Source: an uncultured Desulfobacteraceae bacterium (GTDB lineage: Bacteria; Desulfobacterota; Desulfobacteria; Desulfobacterales; UBA2174). From it: a stretch of 64,000 nt of DNA. The stretch is from the NCBI GenBank assembly GCA_937982505.1, contig CALJLV010000189.1, positions 320 through 64,319 of the forward strand, in the 5' to 3' direction. This document shows positions 62,228-64,000 of the stretch, one piece after another. Numbering within the stretch: position 1 is the stretch's first letter; each line of letters begins with the position of its first letter. The notes beneath the pieces were generated by a model. That model was not told where the DNA came from. It saw nothing but the letters and a program-made list of their open reading frames with translations, and made no database searches. Made by a program: the position numbers and the translations under genes.

Positions 62228-62965
62228 TTAGCGATGTGCCAGCACCTCGACCTCGGCCGGAGCGATGATCGCCGGGTCGGTCTCTTCGGCCAGCAAGGGA
62301 ATCTCGATGCGCGCGGCCCGCCATCCCGCGTGACGAACGACGCCGGCGAAAGGGGGCCGCTCACCCACCTGTCCGGTCAGCGTGACGGCGGCGGCATCAT
62401 AGCCCGCGTCCACGGTGACCTGGGCCGCCTCTCCTTCGCGCATCACCGGCCGTGGGGCCAGCAGTTGGCCCACCACCCGCCGACATCCGGCATGCACGCC
62501 GCGGGCTGCGGCGCCGATCTGGGCGTCGTCGTAGCCCTCCAGATCTTCGGCCAGAAAGTCCATCAGCCGCCCCTCGCGCTGGAGGCGCTTGAACAGGTGA
62601 ACGAAGAGTCGCGCCTCGCGGGCCTGAAGGGCGGCGGCCGGCGACGGCGCAGCGGTGCGGACGGGCGCCGCCGGGGCGGCAGCCAATGGCCGAACGGCCC
62701 GGCCCACCAGGCGCCAGGGAAGAACCATAGCCAGAAAGAGCACTGTCGCGCCCCCCACCAGGGTCGCACCGCGCGGCGCCCAGAAAGAAATCGCCCCCCG
62801 GAAGGGATCGGGCGAAAGGGCGGCGGGATCCAGAATTCCCCACAGGAGTGCGGCCCCGCCGGCGGCGGCGGCGGCCCCCGCAGCGGCCAGGGTCACGACC
62901 AAGGCGACCGTGGAGGGCTGGCGTCCTGTTTGAACGGCGGCAACTTGAGATTTGGTCTTTTTCAT
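62228..62965 (-). CDS. DUF2760-like membrane protein (an Hsp70-associated family)
   Basis: Two N-terminal hydrophobic helices, an Ala/Pro linker, then a conserved-looking C-domain: FKRLQREGRLMDFLAEDLEGYDDAQIGAAARGVHAGC..PPFAGVVRHAGW. The family assignment is from memory of the domain pattern. Confidence 0.6.
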   Translation of the reverse strand: MKKTKSQVAAVQTGRQPSTVALVVTLAAAGAAAAAGGAALLWGILDPAALSPDPFRGAISFWAPRGATLVGGATVLFLAMVLPWRLVGRAVRPLAAAPAAPVRTAAPSPAAALQAREARLFVHLFKRLQREGRLMDFLAEDLEGYDDAQIGAAARGVHAGCRRVVGQLLAPRPVMREGEAAQVTVDAGYDAAAVTLTGQVGERPPFAGVVRHAGWRAARIEIPLLAEETDPAIIAPAEVEVLAHR

Positions 62966-63192
62966 GCGGATTTCGTCAGGGTTGGCGGGCGAAACCGACG
63001 GTTTTCGGCTTCCATGTCAAATCATGTTTTCCAGCACTCGTCCAGGCGGTCACCCGCCGGCCAAGTCCGGCGGACGGGTGTCGATCTCTTGAGAACCGGG
63101 CGGCGCTATGGTAAGCATCTTGGCGTGATCATGCAACCGTCCTCAGCGCGCGCGTCCCGTGTCGGGCCGGGCGCCCGGCTTGACAAGGCGAC

Positions 63193-63381
63193 ATGAAACC
63201 TGGCCTCCGCCCCTTCTGCTGCCGTTCCCGCTTCGATTTCGAAGTGGGGTATCTGGTCAAGAGCCCCTGCAAGGAGTGCCCCCGGCGGGGGGAAATTCCG
63301 GGCTGCCGGGACGGCTGCCGGCGTATCGACCGCATTCAGGAAATTCTGGCCGCGACGATCTCCTGCCAGCGGCGCGCCTGA
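63193..63381 (+). CDS. Small Cys-rich protein (62 aa), hypothetical
   Basis: ATG ORF in the intergenic region upstream of pgi, with seven Cys (CC-x15-C-x2-C-x7-C-x3-C, plus one near the C-terminus). GC3-rich codon usage like its neighbours. No RBS or homology recognised. Confidence 0.35.
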   Translation: MKPGLRPFCCRSRFDFEVGYLVKSPCKECPRRGEIPGCRDGCRRIDRIQEILAATISCQRRA

Positions 63382-63419
63382 ACCGACGTGAACCCGATTT
63401 TTCTTCTGGAGGTGGCCCC

Positions 63420-64000
63420 ATGTCCTTGGTTTCCCCCACCGTCCTGCCCGCCTGGAGCGTTCTGGAGCGGCTGGCGGCCGGCATGCAGGATCCGCAGCGC
63501 CATCTGCGCCGTCTGGTGGACACCCCGGGCCGCTTTGAGGCCTTGAGCGTTCACGGCGGCGGGCTCTTTTTTGATTTCTCGCGCCAGCGCATCACCCCCG
63601 AGGTCAAGACGGCCCTGTGCGACCTGGCCCTTCAGCGGGACCTTGTCGGCCATTTCGGACGCATGGTCAACGGCGAAATCGTCAACCTCAGCGAGAAGCG
63701 CGCCGCCCTGCACACCGCTGCGCGGCGCCTGGACGGGGCGCCGGTCCCGGCCGCCGGCCGCGACGTGATGCCCGAAATCCGCGCCGTGCGGGAACAGATC
63801 CGCGATTTTGCCGCCGCCGTACACGCCGGGCGCATCACCGGATCCACCGGCAAACCGTTTCGCGACATCGTGGTGGTGGGGATCGGCGGCTCCTACCTGG
63901 GCACGGCCTTCGCGGCCCACGCCCTGGCTGAAGAGGCCCGACCCGGAATGCGCCTGCACTTTCTGGCCAACGTGGACATCCACAACTTCGGGCGGGTAGC
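63420..64000 (+). CDS. pgi: Glucose-6-phosphate isomerase, 5' part (runs off the right edge)
   Basis: This ORF is not in the supplied track because there is no stop in the window. Hand translation from ATG 63420 (GGAGGTGG RBS) gives ..FDFSRQRIT..NLSEKRAALHTAAR..FRDIVVVGIGGSYLG.., typical of Pgi. Confidence 0.85.
   Translation, partial: MSLVSPTVLPAWSVLERLAAGMQDPQRHLRRLVDTPGRFEALSVHGGGLFFDFSRQRITPEVKTALCDLALQRDLVGHFGRMVNGEIVNLSEKRAALHTAARRLDGAPVPAAGRDVMPEIRAVREQIRDFAAAVHAGRITGSTGKPFRDIVVVGIGGSYLGTAFAAHALAEEARPGMRLHFLANVDIHNFGRV

Overview
Apart from the first ~660 bp, which are clearly AT-richer, the window looks like high-GC (roughly two-thirds GC by eye) core chromosome. By gene content it belongs to an anaerobic Desulfobacterota/deltaproteobacterium-like organism; that assignment is inference. 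I support about 55 protein genes, one tRNA-Arg(TCT), one cobalamin riboswitch with its own intrinsic terminator, and a few promoter or operator candidates.

Gene content, left to right:
- A truncated split-transketolase gene abuts a truncated cbiA.
- A B12-riboswitch-controlled operon follows: Zn-ADH, TrpD-like phosphoribosyltransferase, cobT.
- Then maf, yggS, queH and an M48/TPR protease.
- An orphan GAF-GspE ATPase.
- A PaaK-like pseudo-ligase with livF, then aat.
- A GT4/HAD/DUF89-like operon.
- A CorC/CNNM gene behind a strong promoter and a Pro-rich uORF.
- efp, a TrpF-like gene, guaA, kdsB and larB.
- The operon livGMHK / ACT / paaK, with a structured leader.
- A crotonase, an AMIN-amidase, mutS and a LapA-like gene.
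- A translationally coupled ATP-grasp / HD / UPF0280 trio, a lipoprotein and a TPR protein, rpoH, and tRNA-Arg.
- An acyltransferase-hydrolase fusion.
- NIL-ferredoxin / mnmA / mtaB.
- An amino-acid ABC transporter without an ATPase gene.
- A nitrilase, then MerR / acyl-CoA dehydrogenase / MBL.
- A DUF2760 / long Hsp70-like / DjlA-like cluster.
- A small Cys-rich ORF and the 5' part of pgi.

I recognised no CRISPR array, transposase, integrase or prophage gene, and no classical defence system.

The best candidates for poorly described biology are:
- the DUF2760 / 919-aa Hsp70-like / DjlA-type J-protein module;
- the riboswitch-gated ADH / TrpD-like / CobT operon;
- the ATP-grasp / HD / UPF0280 trio;
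- the mutually exclusive helices in the paaK-liv leader.

Many long ORFs in the supplied track are antisense artefacts of the high GC content and were not called.
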